This document shows positions 62,413 through 64,000 of a stretch of 64,000 nucleotides of DNA, one piece after another. The translations under genes and the position numbers were made by a program. The DNA lies in assembly GCA_963819005.1 (NCBI GenBank), contig CAWFUL010000012.1, positions 335,650 through 399,649 on the forward strand. Reading direction: 5' to 3'. The notes beneath the pieces are model-generated. The model was not told where the DNA came from. It ran no database searches and worked only from the letters and a program-made list of their open reading frames with translations. The stretch comes from an uncultured Pseudomonadota bacterium (lineage in GTDB: Bacteria; Pseudomonadota; Alphaproteobacteria; Acetobacterales; Acetobacteraceae). Every line of letters starts with the position of its first letter. Position 1 is the first letter of the stretch.

Positions 62413-64000
62413 ATGTACGAGGCGGAAAGCATGCCCGATGACGGGACGACGACGGAGCGCCAGCCGGCCATGGTTGTTCCGGCTGAAACGCCCGGCCTCT
62501 CAGGACTGCTTACCCTTGCGGTCGGTGTGGTTGTTGTTGCGGGGCTTTACCTCGGCCGCACGGTCCTGATCCCGATCACCCTGGCCGTGCTGCTGTCATT
62601 TGTGCTGGCGCCGGTGGTCAATCTGCTGCGGCGCATCCACTTCGGCCGGATTTTCTCCGTCATCTTTGCCGTGCTCCTGGCAGTCGGCCTCATCGCAGCG
62701 CTAGGTGGACTGATCGGCGTCCAGATTGCCGCTCTCGCGCCGGAGGTGCCGGGCTACGTCACGACGATCCAGGCGAAGGTGGACACGATCCAGAATTCTG
62801 CCTTCGCCCCGGTCAACAACATGATCCGACGCTTCGCCCAGACCACCCCGCCGCCTCCGCCGCCCAAGAAAGGCGCTACACCCGGCGCCCCTGGCCAGCC
62901 GCCGATGCAGGTCGAGATTCACCAGCCTGAGCCGACACCCCTGGATCTTGCCGAACGCGTTATCAGCCCGATTGTCGATCCGCTGTCGACGACGGCGATC
63001 GTCCTGATTGTCGCGATCTTCGTGTTGCTCCAACGCGAAGATCTCCGCGACCGGCTTATTCGACTGTTCGGCTCATCTGACCTGCACCGCACCACGGTCG
63101 CGATGAACGATGCGGCGCGACGGCTTTCCCGCTACTTCCTGATGCAGCTCGGCATCAACACGACATTCGGCGTGATCACCGGCGCCGGGCTATACCTGAT
63201 TGGGGTGCCCTCGCCATTGCTGTGGGGCTTGCTTGGCTTGTTGCTGCGCTTCGTCCCCTATATTGGCGCGCCGCTGGCTGCCGCTTTGCCCCTTGCGTTA
63301 GCTGCCGCGATCGTGCCGGGATGGTCGATGGTTGTGCAGGTCGCAGCCCTGTACCTCGTCACTGAAGGGATTCTGGGTCAGGCGGTGGAGCCCATGGTCT
63401 ATGGCAAGAGCACCGGGCTTTCGCCGTTCTCTGTCGTGGTCTCAGCAACGTTCTGGACCTGGCTGTGGGGACCGATCGGCCTGATCCTGTCCACGCCGCT
63501 TACGCTGTGCCTCGTCGTTCTGGGCCGCCATGTCGAGCGGCTGGAGTTCCTGGATGTTATTCTGGGCGACCGGCCCGCGCTAACTCCGGTCGAGAGCTTC
63601 TATCAGCGCATGCTCGCGGGCGACCCGGACGAGGCTCGCGACCAAGCCGAGGTTCTCCTGCGAGACCGGCCGCTGTCATCCTATTATGACGAGGTTGCGC
63701 TGAAAGGCCTGCAGCTCGCAGCCAACGACTCGGCCCGGGGCGTTCTCACCGCCGTCCAGCTCGCTAACATTCGTCATGCGATTCAGACCTTGATCGACGA
63801 ACTCGACGACCATGACGACAAAGAGCCCGCAGCGAAATCCGACGTGGAGGACGCCATGACGACGCCGTCCCGCCGCGAGCAGGATCTGCCGAGGCACCCC
63901 GCGCCCGGCCATGCCGCCCCGGCAGCGCTGCCCGCATCATGGGGCGGCAAGCCGCCCGTCCTGTGTGTCGCCGGTCGTGGTCCTCTGGACGAAGCCGCTG
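62413..64000 (+). CDS. AI-2E family (PerM/UPF0118) transporter with long C-terminal extension; 3' partial (runs off window)
   Basis: Not in the ORF track because no stop is reached. My own translation is MYEAESMPDD...LIPITLAVLLSFVLAPVVNLLRR...RLSRYFLMQLGINTTFGVITGAGLYLIGVPSPLLWGLLGLLLRFVPYIGA...VEPMVYGKSTGLSPFSVVVSATFWTWLWGPIGLILSTPLT. There is an in-frame TAA at 62401. Confidence 0.8.
   Translation, partial: MYEAESMPDDGTTTERQPAMVVPAETPGLSGLLTLAVGVVVVAGLYLGRTVLIPITLAVLLSFVLAPVVNLLRRIHFGRIFSVIFAVLLAVGLIAALGGLIGVQIAALAPEVPGYVTTIQAKVDTIQNSAFAPVNNMIRRFAQTTPPPPPPKKGATPGAPGQPPMQVEIHQPEPTPLDLAERVISPIVDPLSTTAIVLIVAIFVLLQREDLRDRLIRLFGSSDLHRTTVAMNDAARRLSRYFLMQLGINTTFGVITGAGLYLIGVPSPLLWGLLGLLLRFVPYIGAPLAAALPLALAAAIVPGWSMVVQVAALYLVTEGILGQAVEPMVYGKSTGLSPFSVVVSATFWTWLWGPIGLILSTPLTLCLVVLGRHVERLEFLDVILGDRPALTPVESFYQRMLAGDPDEARDQAEVLLRDRPLSSYYDEVALKGLQLAANDSARGVLTAVQLANIRHAIQTLIDELDDHDDKEPAAKSDVEDAMTTPSRREQDLPRHPAPGHAAPAALPASWGGKPPVLCVAGRGPLDEAA

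Overview
Visibly GC-rich chromosomal segment with alphaproteobacterial hallmarks: split pntAA/pntAB/pntB, ccoNOQP-ccoGHIS, rlpA-dacC-tmk, ubiA/rsmE and a plant-type gshA. I can support about 62 protein-coding genes. I saw no rRNA, tRNA, CRISPR array, transposase or integrase. Content in order: peptide-type ABC binding protein, GH63-like glucosidase, TPR-glycosyltransferase, LLM oxidoreductase, aroQ and the pnt operon. Next comes a complete cbb3 oxidase locus (small ORF-ccoNOQP-ccoGHIS), then two 2OG-Fe(II) oxygenases, two CBS-pair proteins, a TRAP transporter and a cyclase. These are followed by a stand-alone ctaD, cell-wall genes (mltB-like, rlpA, dacC-like) and tmk. After that lies a metabolic mosaic: LLM oxidoreductases, a stand-alone Rieske petA, CoA-transferase/SDR/nitroreductase/hydrolase, a molybdopterin hydroxylase subunit with a MoaD-like protein, sirtuin, acyl-CoA dehydrogenase, rhodanese and ggt. 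The window ends with bactofilin, hsp20, ubiA, rsmE, gshA, DUF2254, a TPR-GT41 protein, an aldo/keto reductase, an ATP-grasp-like orphan and a partial AI-2E-family transporter. Three observations stand out. (1) Three FNR/FixK-type palindromes (two exact TTGAT-N4-ATCAA, one with a single mismatch) lie within about 10 kb. They sit in front of the cbb3 operon, a tandem pair of O2-dependent 2OG oxygenases and a tandem pair of CBS proteins, which suggests a compact microoxic regulon. (2) An unannotated 2-TM small ORF is translationally coupled to ccoN. (3) Nine otherwise conserved genes are split by single-nucleotide frame shifts, eight of them behaving as +1 insertions and three lying next to GTAC. 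This looks more like systematic assembly error, possibly motif or modification linked, than decay, but it needs read-level checking. I found no recognisable defence, toxin-antitoxin or mobile system.
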